Below are positions 8,046-17,100 of a stretch of 45,220 nucleotides of DNA, piece by piece. Location: assembly GCA_946415525.1 (NCBI GenBank), contig CAMKSZ010000001.1, positions 1 to 45,220 on the forward strand. Reading direction: 5' to 3'. Made by a program: the position numbers and the translations under genes. The notes below the pieces were generated by a model that made no database searches, was not told the DNA's origin, and saw only the letters and a list, made by a program, of their open reading frames with translations. This DNA is from an uncultured Prevotellaceae bacterium. GTDB taxonomy: Bacteria; Bacteroidota; Bacteroidia; Bacteroidales; Bacteroidaceae. Numbering within the stretch: the first letter of the stretch is position 1; each line of letters begins with the position of its first letter.

Positions 8046-9335
8046 TTACCTTTTTCTTAATTTAAGTTTTGGAATCTTGTATCGTTCTCCCTCTTGCGGG
8101 TCGTTGTTGCCTTCATTGAGAACGATAAGGTAGATTTGAATGTCGGTGCCTAAGAAAATGCGGGAAATTGTAGGTAGATCCTGCCCCTTCATCACAGTGA
8201 TGACGGTATCGACACCGACAATGTCGTAGGCACCATAGGGTATCTGAGCATTCAACGCAGCATAATCAATGGTGTCCTTCACCGTTGGGGGAGCCGACAT
8301 CACAGAGTCGGGCTTTTCCACTTTGGCAACAGCAGGCACCTCCTCTGCAGGGGTGACGATTTCACTTTCACCCGATCCTCCAGCGAGTTTTACGATTCCG
8401 CCTACGCACAACAACGCAGCAACGGCGCCAAGTGCCCATCGCCCCCAATGCCGAGGCTGCGAGGAATCATCGTCATCTTCCGAATCATCCTGTTCCGTTT
8501 GGCGAGACATATCATGTGAAAGTTGTGCATCATTTTGCGAAGATGAAAGACGTTCCTCTTCCACCGTTTCAGTCAAATCGTCCTGTTCTTCAACTTGTTC
8601 TGGCATCACGTCCCCCTCCTGACCATCCGGTAGTTCCACTTCGTTCGTCTTGTCTTCTTCAATTAAAGGCACCTCTTGAACGGGAGCGGCCACAGGTTCC
8701 TCCCTTGCTATCAAGAAAGAAAGGTCTTCGTCTTTATCGGAGGCCCCCCCATAAGAATTGAAGGTCTTTACATCGTCGAAGTCAACGCCCTCGTTAAGTT
8801 CCACCTGACTGAAGTAAGAGAAAGGACGGTTGACCGCAGCAGCGAAAGCCTCATCGGGTGTGAACGACACACGACCGTAGGTGCAATTATCAACTTTCAC
8901 TTTGGTCAAGAGGAAAGCACCCAATCCAGGCACCTCTACCGGTTCCCCCGACTCCATGCCCTCCAAAATCAATTTGAAGAAAGCCACGGGCAACCGTTCG
9001 GCAACATGACGCTCAGCCTTATTCTGTCTGACCAACAAGTCAGCCATCTGTACGAAGACCCCACCGGCATTCTCAGCGGACTCCTTATCGACCAACGGGT
9101 CGGGAATGAAGCGTACATACAAGCGAGGAGGAACGAGAAATCTCTTCCGTGCGGCGCTATCCACCCAAACATATTCCATCGTCTTCTGCACCTCCAACAT
9201 GCCCAACTCCGGAATATGCAAGTTTCCCTGTTCGATGACCTGTTCAGTCACCCACTTCACCATCGCCTCGACGAAAGCACCCGCATCCGCACCGATGGTG
9301 TGAGACATCGCCTGGATCAATTGTTCCTTGTTCAT
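8046..9335 (-). CDS. Tandem HU/IHF-like domains, acidic linker, TM helix and LysM-like C-terminus
   Basis: HU-like 1 'LHIPELGMLEV...RFLVPPRLYVRFIP'; HU-like 2 'VEVPGLGAF...VSFTPDEAFAAAVNRPF'; TM 'WALGAVAALLCVGGIV'; LysM-like 'TVMKGQDLPTISRIFLG...LN...EGERYKIP'. Confidence 0.75.
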   Translation of the reverse strand: MNKEQLIQAMSHTIGADAGAFVEAMVKWVTEQVIEQGNLHIPELGMLEVQKTMEYVWVDSAARKRFLVPPRLYVRFIPDPLVDKESAENAGGVFVQMADLLVRQNKAERHVAERLPVAFFKLILEGMESGEPVEVPGLGAFLLTKVKVDNCTYGRVSFTPDEAFAAAVNRPFSYFSQVELNEGVDFDDVKTFNSYGGASDKDEDLSFLIAREEPVAAPVQEVPLIEEDKTNEVELPDGQEGDVMPEQVEEQDDLTETVEEERLSSSQNDAQLSHDMSRQTEQDDSEDDDDSSQPRHWGRWALGAVAALLCVGGIVKLAGGSGESEIVTPAEEVPAVAKVEKPDSVMSAPPTVKDTIDYAALNAQIPYGAYDIVGVDTVITVMKGQDLPTISRIFLGTDIQIYLIVLNEGNNDPQEGERYKIPKLKLRKR

Positions 9336-9345
9336 AGTTACCTAT

Positions 9346-10647
9346 CTAACCTACCACCTCGCCATAGAGGTCGAATTCCTCGGCGTCGGTGATACGGACA
9401 TCATAAAAAACACCCCTTCTCAGTTGTCTTTTCCCCACCTCAATCAGCACTTCTGGGTCAACCTCTGGAGAAGAATATTGCGTGCGGCCAATATAATAAT
9501 CACCTTCACGCCTGTCGATGACGACTTTCATGGTCTTGCCCACCGCCTGCGCCTCTATCTCGGCACTGATTTGCTGTTGCAAAGCCATCAGTCGTCCCAA
9601 TCTGTCCTGTTTCACTTCATCGGGCACATCATCGACATAGTGTCGGGCGCTATATGTACCCTCTTCCTCGGAATAAGCAAACGCCCCCAAGCGCTCGAAG
9701 CGCGCCCAACGGACAAAATCCATCATTTGGTTGAAATCATCCTCGGTCTCGCCAGGGAAGCCCACCATCATCGTTGTGCGCAGAGCGATTCCCGGCACAG
9801 TCTCTCTCAGTCGCCTAACAAAATCATAAGTCTGTTGACAAGTCATCTCACGCCTCATACGCGCCAGCATGTGGTCGGACACATGCTGCAATGCCACATC
9901 GAGATACTTGCACACGTTGTCGTGACGATTGACGACCTCCAGCAATTCATATGGGAATTGGTGTGGATAGGCATAATGAAGCCTTATCCAGCGAACCCCC
10001 TTGATGGCAGCCATCTTATCGACCAATTCGGCAATATGCCTCTTTCCGTCGATATCCATTCCATAGAACGTGAGTTCCTGTGCGATGACCTGAAACTCCT
10101 TCACGCCCTGCGCCACCAAGTCGCGCACTTCGTCGAGCACCTCGTCAACAGGCCTGCTGACGTGCTTTCCCGTGCAGATGGGAATGGCGCAATAGGCACA
10201 CCGACGGTTGCAGCCCTCGCTGATTTTCAGATAGGCATAATGTTTGGGCGTTGTAATAGAGCGCTTGCCCCTGCAATCCTCCACTTCTGCCAATCCCAGG
10301 TCGTGGAGAACATTCATATAATCGAACTTGCCGTAGTAGCGGTCAACTTGCGGAATTTCCTTCTCCAATTCCTTGCGATAACGCTGCGAGAGGCACCCCA
10401 TGACAAACAAGTGCCCGATGCGCCCCTCCTCCTTGGCTTGCGCCAATTGGAGAATCATGTTGATACTCTCCTGCTTGGCATCGCCAATAAACCCACAGGT
10501 GTTGACCACCACTATTTCGCCACGTGGCAAGTCAGCGTCGTGTGTGCAGGAGTATCCCAACGCTTGAAACTGCTTTATCAAACGCTCGCTATCAACGAGG
10601 TTTTTCGAACAGCCCATCGTGATGATATCGACATGATTTCTCCTCAT
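9346..10647 (-). CDS. rimO: Ribosomal protein S12 methylthiotransferase
   Basis: MGCSKNLVDSE, VNTCGFI, radical-SAM motif EGCNRRCAYC and a C-terminal TRAM domain. Start set at MRRNH (10647). Confidence 0.95.
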   Translation of the reverse strand: MRRNHVDIITMGCSKNLVDSERLIKQFQALGYSCTHDADLPRGEIVVVNTCGFIGDAKQESINMILQLAQAKEEGRIGHLFVMGCLSQRYRKELEKEIPQVDRYYGKFDYMNVLHDLGLAEVEDCRGKRSITTPKHYAYLKISEGCNRRCAYCAIPICTGKHVSRPVDEVLDEVRDLVAQGVKEFQVIAQELTFYGMDIDGKRHIAELVDKMAAIKGVRWIRLHYAYPHQFPYELLEVVNRHDNVCKYLDVALQHVSDHMLARMRREMTCQQTYDFVRRLRETVPGIALRTTMMVGFPGETEDDFNQMMDFVRWARFERLGAFAYSEEEGTYSARHYVDDVPDEVKQDRLGRLMALQQQISAEIEAQAVGKTMKVVIDRREGDYYIGRTQYSSPEVDPEVLIEVGKRQLRRGVFYDVRITDAEEFDLYGEVVG

Positions 10648-10657
10648 CGCCGCAGAC

Positions 10658-11617
10658 CTACATCCTTTCTCCAAACAGAGAATCGACAAACTGCCGCTTG
10701 TTGAACAGTTGCAGATCCTCCATGCCTTCACCCAATCCGATATACTTGACAGGCACTTTCAGTTGGTCGCTGATGCCGATGACCACGCCACCCTTGGCAG
10801 TACCATCCAGTTTGGTGACAGCCATACTTGTGATATTGGTGACAGCAGAGAACTGCTTGGCCTGCTCGAACGCATTCTGTCCTGTACTACCATCGAGCAC
10901 GAGGAGCACCTCATCGGGAGCCTCCGGCAGCACTTTTTTCATGACATCCTTGATTTTCTTCAACTCGTTCATAAGGCCCACTTTGTTGTGCAACCTTCCC
11001 GCCGTGTCGATGATGACGACATCAGCGCCGTTGGCCTTTGCCGAATTGAGGGTGTCGAAAGCCACTGAAGCAGGGTCGGAACCCATCTTCTGTTTGATAA
11101 CCGGCACACCCACACGCTCGCCCCAGATGCAAAGTTGCTCCACGGCCGCAGCCCTGAAGGTATCAGCCGCACCGAGGTAAACCTTCTTTCCAGCCTCCTT
11201 GAATTGATAGGCCAGTTTGCCGATAGTAGTGGTCTTGCCCACCCCATTAACGCCTACGACGAGAATGACGTAGGGTTTGTGGTCGGCCGGCAAATCCCAG
11301 TCATCGAGGTCACCCGTGTTGTTTTCGGCAAGCAGGGCAGCAATTTCTTCCCTCAGGATGTTGTTCAGTTCAGATGTAGAGACATATTTGTCGCGAGCCA
11401 CCCTTGCCTCTATTCTCTCTATAATCTTGATAGTGGTGCCCACCCCGACATCGGAGGTGATGAGCACCTCTTCGAGTTGGTCGAGCACTTCGTCGTCGAC
11501 TTTCGACTTACCAGTTATCGCCTTTGCAATCTTGGAGAAGAAACTTTGCGATGTACGCTCCAACCCTTTGTCGAGCGTTTCTTTCTTTTTTTTGTTAAAC
11601 AGACCGAAAAAACCCAT
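10658..11617 (-). CDS. ftsY: Signal recognition particle receptor
   Basis: GVNGVGKTTTIGKLA, DTFRAAA, DTAGR, TKLDGTAKGG. Start set at MGFFG (11617). Confidence 0.97.
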   Translation of the reverse strand: MGFFGLFNKKKKETLDKGLERTSQSFFSKIAKAITGKSKVDDEVLDQLEEVLITSDVGVGTTIKIIERIEARVARDKYVSTSELNNILREEIAALLAENNTGDLDDWDLPADHKPYVILVVGVNGVGKTTTIGKLAYQFKEAGKKVYLGAADTFRAAAVEQLCIWGERVGVPVIKQKMGSDPASVAFDTLNSAKANGADVVIIDTAGRLHNKVGLMNELKKIKDVMKKVLPEAPDEVLLVLDGSTGQNAFEQAKQFSAVTNITSMAVTKLDGTAKGGVVIGISDQLKVPVKYIGLGEGMEDLQLFNKRQFVDSLFGERM

Positions 11618-11730
11618 AATACAAATTTTCGACAAAGTTAATAGTTTTTTTTTAGAAATCGCCAACAATCACCCATTGATATAAGAAAAAAGCGAAAAAG
11701 GGTGTGACGAGTATCGAAATGCACCATGCC

Positions 11731-11760
11731 AAAAAGAGTGTTCCTTTAGTGGAACACTCT
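11731..11760 (-). terminator. Intrinsic terminator of the rpmB-rpmG-DUF4295 operon
   Basis: Perfect 10-bp stem AGAGTGTTCC/GGAACACTCT followed by a U-tract on the minus strand. Confidence 0.8.
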
Positions 11761-11784
11761 CTAAAATATTGGTGTCGGTGGAAA

Positions 11785-11943
11785 TTAGTTCTTAAAGAAA
11801 TCCTGAACTTCCTCGTTGGGAACCATTTGCTCATCAAAGATGTAAGCACCAGTTTTGGGGCTTTTCACCATCTTGATTACCTTTGTGTAAGCGCGACCAT
11901 CCTTTGAGCCTTCATGGAGGGACGCCACGGTTTTCTTTGCCAT
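11785..11943 (-). CDS. DUF4295 family small protein (52 aa, absent from the ORF track)
   Basis: Read by hand as MAKKTVASLHEGSKDGRAYTKVIKMVKSPKTGAYIFDEQMVPNEEVQDFFKN, in its usual Bacteroidota position between rpmG and ftsY. Confidence 0.9.
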   Translation of the reverse strand: MAKKTVASLHEGSKDGRAYTKVIKMVKSPKTGAYIFDEQMVPNEEVQDFFKN

Positions 11944-11956
11944 ATTCTAAACTCTA

Positions 11957-12148
11957 TTATTTGATTTCCTTGTGAACGGTCATTTTCTTGAGGATGGGGT
12001 TGTATTTCTTCAACTCCATGCGCTCGGGTGTGTTCTTACGGTTCTTAGTGGTGATGTAGCGGCTTGTGCCAGGCAGTCCGCTATTTTTCATCTCAGTGCA
12101 CTCGAGAACCACCTGCACCCTATTGCCTTTCGCTTTCTTTGATGCCAT
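11957..12148 (-). CDS. rpmG: 50S ribosomal protein L33
   Basis: [23 protein letters not shown]...HKEIK. Confidence 0.97.
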   Translation of the reverse strand: MASKKAKGNRVQVVLECTEMKNSGLPGTSRYITTKNRKNTPERMELKKYNPILKKMTVHKEIK

Positions 12149-12153
12149 GATGA

Positions 12154-12417
12154 CTACTCTCCTATAATTTTAATGTCCTTCCAGTCCACGTAGCCTTTAG
12201 CAACAGCCTGCTTCAAAGCGGCGTCGAGACCGAGTTTATTGATGGTACGGAGGCCAGCAGCGCTGATTTTGAGACTGATCCAGCAGTCTTCCTCCACATA
12301 GTAGAATTTCTTTGTGAACAAATTCACATCGAAAGTGCGCTTAGTGCGATGCTTCGAGTGGGAAACGTTATTACCCACCTGGGCCTTTTTTCCCGTAATC
12401 TGACAAATCTTCGACAT
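12154..12417 (-). CDS. rpmB: 50S ribosomal protein L28
   Basis: [33 protein letters not shown]. Confidence 0.97.
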   Translation of the reverse strand: MSKICQITGKKAQVGNNVSHSKHRTKRTFDVNLFTKKFYYVEEDCWISLKISAAGLRTINKLGLDAALKQAVAKGYVDWKDIKIIGE

Positions 12418-12468
12418 TGCTATCTAAATTTTTGTTTTCGTTTTTTGATACCTATTCCAAACAGGGTG

Positions 12469-12499
12469 CAAAGTTACTAATATTTTTGCTTAACCCAAA
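12469..12499 (-). promoter_or_regulatory. rpmB promoter (TTTG-N19-TAACTTTG)
   Basis: Consensus match on the minus strand about 50 nt upstream of rpmB. Confidence 0.75.
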
Positions 12500-12616
12500 A
12501 CTTTTCCTTGAATAATCTTGCGAATTAATATTTTTTTTGAAAACATGGTAGTTATACACGACTCAAATGTGTGTTTTTTGCTTCGTCATCCCCAATTTGG
12601 CGTAAAGAATGGGGAG

Positions 12617-12720
12617 AGATGGCGAGATGACGAGATGACGATATGTCGATATATCGATATAACGAGACATCGACAAAGCGAGACATCGACAAAGCGAGAC
12701 ATCGACAAGACGAGACATCG
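12617..12720. repeat. Degenerate 8-bp tandem array (ANANNNCG), 13 units
   Basis: CG at 12623, 12631 ... 12719, exactly every 8 bp. Units include AGATGACG, AGACATCG and ACAAAGCG. Confidence 0.85.
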
Positions 12721-12740
12721 AATGGGGGAAGCGCAGACCT

Positions 12741-13367
12741 TCAGGGCAAGGAGAGGCGGAAGACGTAGGCGACGGAACAAACCAGTTCAGAGAGCATGAC
12801 ATAGATTAGGATGAGGGGTGCAGCCTTTCGTATGCCGCTTGTGAGCACCGCCAGGATGTCGGCAGGAGCCTGCTTTCCCCCTGCGAGGACGGCATAGACG
12901 ACCGCTCCCACGCCGACACAGAAAGCCAGCGACGGTATGAGGCTCCTGCTGAAACTGCTTGGGAAGAGACTTCCCGTGGCACTGAGCAGCGGAGCATGAG
13001 GAAGGAACGCCATAGCCGCCCAGACCGCCAAGAAGACAATCATCTGCACAAGAACCATGCGCAGGGCGAACGTTTGCCGATAAGTTCGCTGTGCGGGACT
13101 TCTCCGGATGGCCTCTATGACCCCCGACTCCCTAACCGCCCCATAGGCGACGGCACCGACCAAAATCCACACTAATGGTGGCGATGCCACATTGTCGACA
13201 AAGGAGCCGAAGAACCACCTGATGCCCTCGCTGCCGAGTAGCGACCTGACGACCGACTCCGGCGAAGCAGCATTGATTAGCCACGACACCAGGAAGAGCA
13301 GCACCTGCAATGCCGGTATGGCCAACACAGCCACAGCGAGCCAATGGGCACGTCTCTCAGTTCTCAT
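12741..13367 (-). CDS. Short AbgT-like polytopic membrane protein
   Basis: About 5 hydrophobic helices. 'VRSLLGSEGIRWFF...PPLVWILVGAVAYGAVRESG' resembles the AbgT N-terminal region. Overlaps the upstream gene by 11 nt. Confidence 0.6.
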   Translation of the reverse strand: MRTERRAHWLAVAVLAIPALQVLLFLVSWLINAASPESVVRSLLGSEGIRWFFGSFVDNVASPPLVWILVGAVAYGAVRESGVIEAIRRSPAQRTYRQTFALRMVLVQMIVFLAVWAAMAFLPHAPLLSATGSLFPSSFSRSLIPSLAFCVGVGAVVYAVLAGGKQAPADILAVLTSGIRKAAPLILIYVMLSELVCSVAYVFRLSLP

Positions 13368-14088
13368 CCGGCACCAGGTTGTCGATATCGAGAATCCTTA
13401 GTTCAAGCGCCCTTACCACCAGTCGTGTGGCATTGACGCCGTATCCACCATTGCCATTGGGAAAGAGTTTCTGCACCAGTTCGTTTTGCCTTTTCTCCAA
13501 ACTTTTCACTCCGAAAGGCATCCCCCTCAAATTGGTGATTTGCTCTTTGGTGTAGCCCAGTGCGAGGTGCCGCAAGAAACGCTCGTCGTATTCGTCGATT
13601 TCGTAATTGACCAACGCCTCCTGCCGAATGAGTTGGCTTCCCACGCTGTATTTGAACCGCTCCACGATTTTCTCGAGGATGGGTTGGTTGAACACCAATT
13701 GTTTGCCGCTCATCACGCTGAATACATCCCCCCGCGTGAGCAGTTCGCCACTTTTGAGGATGATGCCGTCGGCCCCGGCATCCAGCACGTCCACCCAGAG
13801 TTTCTCATTGAGAATCTCACCGGTGAAGATGAGCACCTTCACTTTGGGGTACATCTCCTTGGTTTGCCTACAGATTTCCACCCCCACGGTGGTAGAGCCC
13901 CCCAGCCCCAGGTCAAGAAGCACCAAGTCGGGCAATTGCTGCTTGATTAGTTTCCAGTAAGAGAACTCGTTGTTGGCTGTTCCAATTATTTGTGCCTCAG
14001 GGATGTCGTTGCGAATGATTCCTTCGGTGCCCTTCAATTCGAGAGCAACATCCTCGACAATAATGATTTTAAACTGTTCCATATTCAT
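13357..14088 (-). CDS. Response regulator, REC plus LuxR-like HTH (DUF5932-type)
   Basis: IIVED, PDLVLLDLGL (phospho-Asp), IFTG, ILKS; C-terminal 'RFLRHLALGYTKEQI...VKSLEKRQNELVQKL'. Confidence 0.85.
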   Translation of the reverse strand: MNMEQFKIIIVEDVALELKGTEGIIRNDIPEAQIIGTANNEFSYWKLIKQQLPDLVLLDLGLGGSTTVGVEICRQTKEMYPKVKVLIFTGEILNEKLWVDVLDAGADGIILKSGELLTRGDVFSVMSGKQLVFNQPILEKIVERFKYSVGSQLIRQEALVNYEIDEYDERFLRHLALGYTKEQITNLRGMPFGVKSLEKRQNELVQKLFPNGNGGYGVNATRLVVRALELRILDIDNLVPDEN

Positions 14089-14108
14089 ATTGGGATTGAC
14101 TGTTTTTA

Positions 14109-17100
14109 TTATTCGATAGCAGTAGTAGTGCTTATTGCATTTCGCGCCTTGACCAAAGTGACGACGACCACCACCCCCTCTTCGTGTCTGTTGATTGCCC
14201 TGATGCCACAGGCACGGGCATTGGTAGCCTCCCCCACGTCCCTAACAATTTGCCTGCACAACAAGAATTGCATGTTGCCGGGAGCGGGATTGAAAAGTTC
14301 GTGACATTCCTCGTCGGAGAGGTGCAAGTTGGGATAGGAGACATGGAAATCGACATATCTGTCCGCCCTGTCGTCAATGGTGATGGCTTTCTGCCCTCCG
14401 CCCTGTTTTCGAAGCAAGTCGAATAGGTAGCCTAACAATTGCCTGTCGCCATAGATGGCCATCGTAGAAGCGTCGGCAACCTTGGGTAGCAGTTCCTTCA
14501 CTGGCACCGGCACACATTCCATTTTCACGCTCTCCACCTGATGCATGGCCTGCATACTGAGGATGGAGTACAATTCCTTGTAATAGTCTGCCAGTTCCGA
14601 CACGCTCTGCAGTTGTTCGTCCCTCCTGTCCACGAGCGTCCTAATTCTTGAAGGATAATACATCGTCTCGTGCTTGAGCGTACTGAGACAGTTGTCGAGC
14701 ACACTATTGCAGACATGCAATTTGGCATCCTCGAACTCACATTTCCTCACCTCATCCTCAGCGATATTGATATCCGCCTTTCTGCTATTGGCGGCAGCGA
14801 TGCTCTCCTTGAGAGCCTCAATCAATTCATCAGCCACCTGCTGCAGCATCAACGGTAATTGTTCGTTGTTGTATGACTTTCTTCCTGATTTCATCCCAGC
14901 CCCCAGGTTACCCGTCGTTTTCCCCGCGAGCCTCTCGATTTCCGCGAGTTTCTCCACATCGTCCCTTTCCGACCGAAGCACATCGTTCATGGCCTTTACA
15001 CGTTCAAGGCTAAATCTGTAGAACACCTGATGCCGATAGAACATGAGGAAATAGGCCAACAAGATAAGCAGCGAGAGAATGACGAGGATGACAATGGCCA
15101 TGTACTTGTTGGTCTGCGACTTCTGCATCATCCTGCAATAGTCGCCCAACGTGCGGTCAGCCGACATTTCCTTGTAGAGTTGCGTGTACACCTTGTTATT
15201 ATAAATATAGATGCCCCATTGGTGGAGCGCGAGCGCAGCCACGGCAATGTCGTTGCGGAGCGTCCTGATGACATTGAAATCGACAGGCAAGCCATCATGA
15301 AACCAATATATTTCCGACTGCATCACCGACTTGCTGCTCTGCAACATCAGCGTATCGGTGCCACTGGGCCTGCACAGTCGATAAGCACGGTTGAAGCATG
15401 CGATAGCCGAGTCGGCATAGTTGAGAGCATCGCCGTATTGGTCGGCAGCGTTGCACTGCGCCACTCTACCGGCAAAATCCCCTGCCCTATCCAAGATGCT
15501 GTCCACGGGTTCGGCTGCCAGCCCCAAATGAGAGAAAAGCATCACCAAGGCAAGGAGAGTGCGCGCCACCCCTTTAGGCAAGCGGAAGAAGAACTTGCTC
15601 CCCTTGCCCACTTCGCTCTCCACCCCAAGTTCACAGACGTTGAAAAGAGAACTAATTTTCTTGTATTTCTCAATTATGCCCTTGCAGTTGACAAGTCCAA
15701 ATCCATGTCCCTGCTCTTGTCCACCCATCCAATTCTTCTGTACCGGTTCGCGGTGTACTTCGTCGTCGTGAAAAGCCTTTTTCTCCACACTGAAAGCCTC
15801 CTGCACCTGTTGTTCGGTCATTCCGATACCCGTATCTGCTACGCTCACCTCCACATATTTTTCTGTTTCGGTAGCATCGATGGTGACAGAGCCGCCCGAA
15901 GGTGTGAATTTCCGAGCGTTGTCAGCAATGGTGTTGATCATGAAAAGTGTAAGGGTGCGGTCAGCCTTCACCCAAGCCGCCGACGGGACGACATTGAGTT
16001 GGATATCCTTCATCTGGAACCCCCTCTTGCCATGCGCCACGATATCGAAGAGCGCCTGTATGGGGAAACTCTCGATATGGAGGCTCAATTCCCCCTTACG
16101 CAACTGAATCCATTGCGTGAGGATGTCGTTGTAATAGATGATTCTATCGGCCAATTCCGCCACATAGGCAAACCTCTCCTCGCGTCGCTCCTTCTCCTCA
16201 CCCGGCGTATTGAGTTTCTTGATTTCCAGCAAGATGCGGTCGATGTAAGGCGTCACCATATTGACGAGCGACACTTTCGCCCGCTGCTCCAAGTTGAGAC
16301 GCTTGTTGTTGTCCACATGAAGTGAACAGACAGCCATTTTCTCCATGGTCTCCTCATACCTGTCATCAAGCATGCTTTGGTAGGCCAAGTTATCCTTTTT
16401 CCATTCCTCCAAAGGCTGCATCAGGGATTGCAGCGGGTCGCGTCGGTCCTCCCTTCTTCTGAGGTAGTAGAAGAGGAACAACAGCGCCACACCCAGCACC
16501 ATGACGACGACGATGGCGACAATCATGGCATTGAGTTGGCTCACCGACTTGTCGAGTTGTTCAGCCCTCGACTCAAGATACAAGTCCTGTCGGGTCTTGT
16601 CTTGGGTGTCGATATAGTAGTTTCTATTGCGATAAGTTTCTTCCTTGTTGTTGAGTGCCGCATAGGAGACACTAAGTTGTTCGCGTATTGACGCGACGAG
16701 GTCAGGCGCCTTGAAGATGGCACTATCAGTGTATAGCGCCGCATTAAGACAATCGAGCGAAGCCTGATAGTCGCCGATGTACCAATAGCATTTCGCCAAT
16801 GTCCTGTAAGATCCCGCAGTCTGATAGACATCTCCATAAATGGAGAAGATGTCGAGCGAACGCTGCGCCAAGTTGCCCGCCAGCAAACTATCGGGCATGT
16901 TGTCGATATTGAGGTTGCGAATGGTGGAATAATTGTCGAAAATGAGTTTCTGCCTCATCACTGGCACCTGTAGATGTTCGCTCATGGCCTGCAGCGAGTT
17001 AGCCACCCAGAACGGGTAATTGTATTGCACGGCGATGTTGTAGCATCTAAAGAGATAGTCCATCTCCACCTGGTTGATTTCCTCTTGTGTCCCGTAACTG

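Noticed and set aside
9328-10704. Long antisense ORFs (458 aa here; also 15030-16325, 27654-28754, 30118-31182, 39023-40384, 40710-42092)
   Set aside because: They are shadows of well-supported genes on the opposite strand, expected from codon bias, and contain no motifs.
10648-10731. N-terminal extensions in the ORF track for rimO, ftsY, the kinase, the nucleotidase, feoB, GH106 and the TonB receptor
   Set aside because: They overlap upstream genes, promoters or leader regions. Downstream ATGs give typical N-termini or signal peptides.
11701-11726. Short hairpin GGTGT...GCACC considered as a tRNA fragment or att site
   Set aside because: No cloverleaf, T-loop or CCA context, and no integrase nearby.
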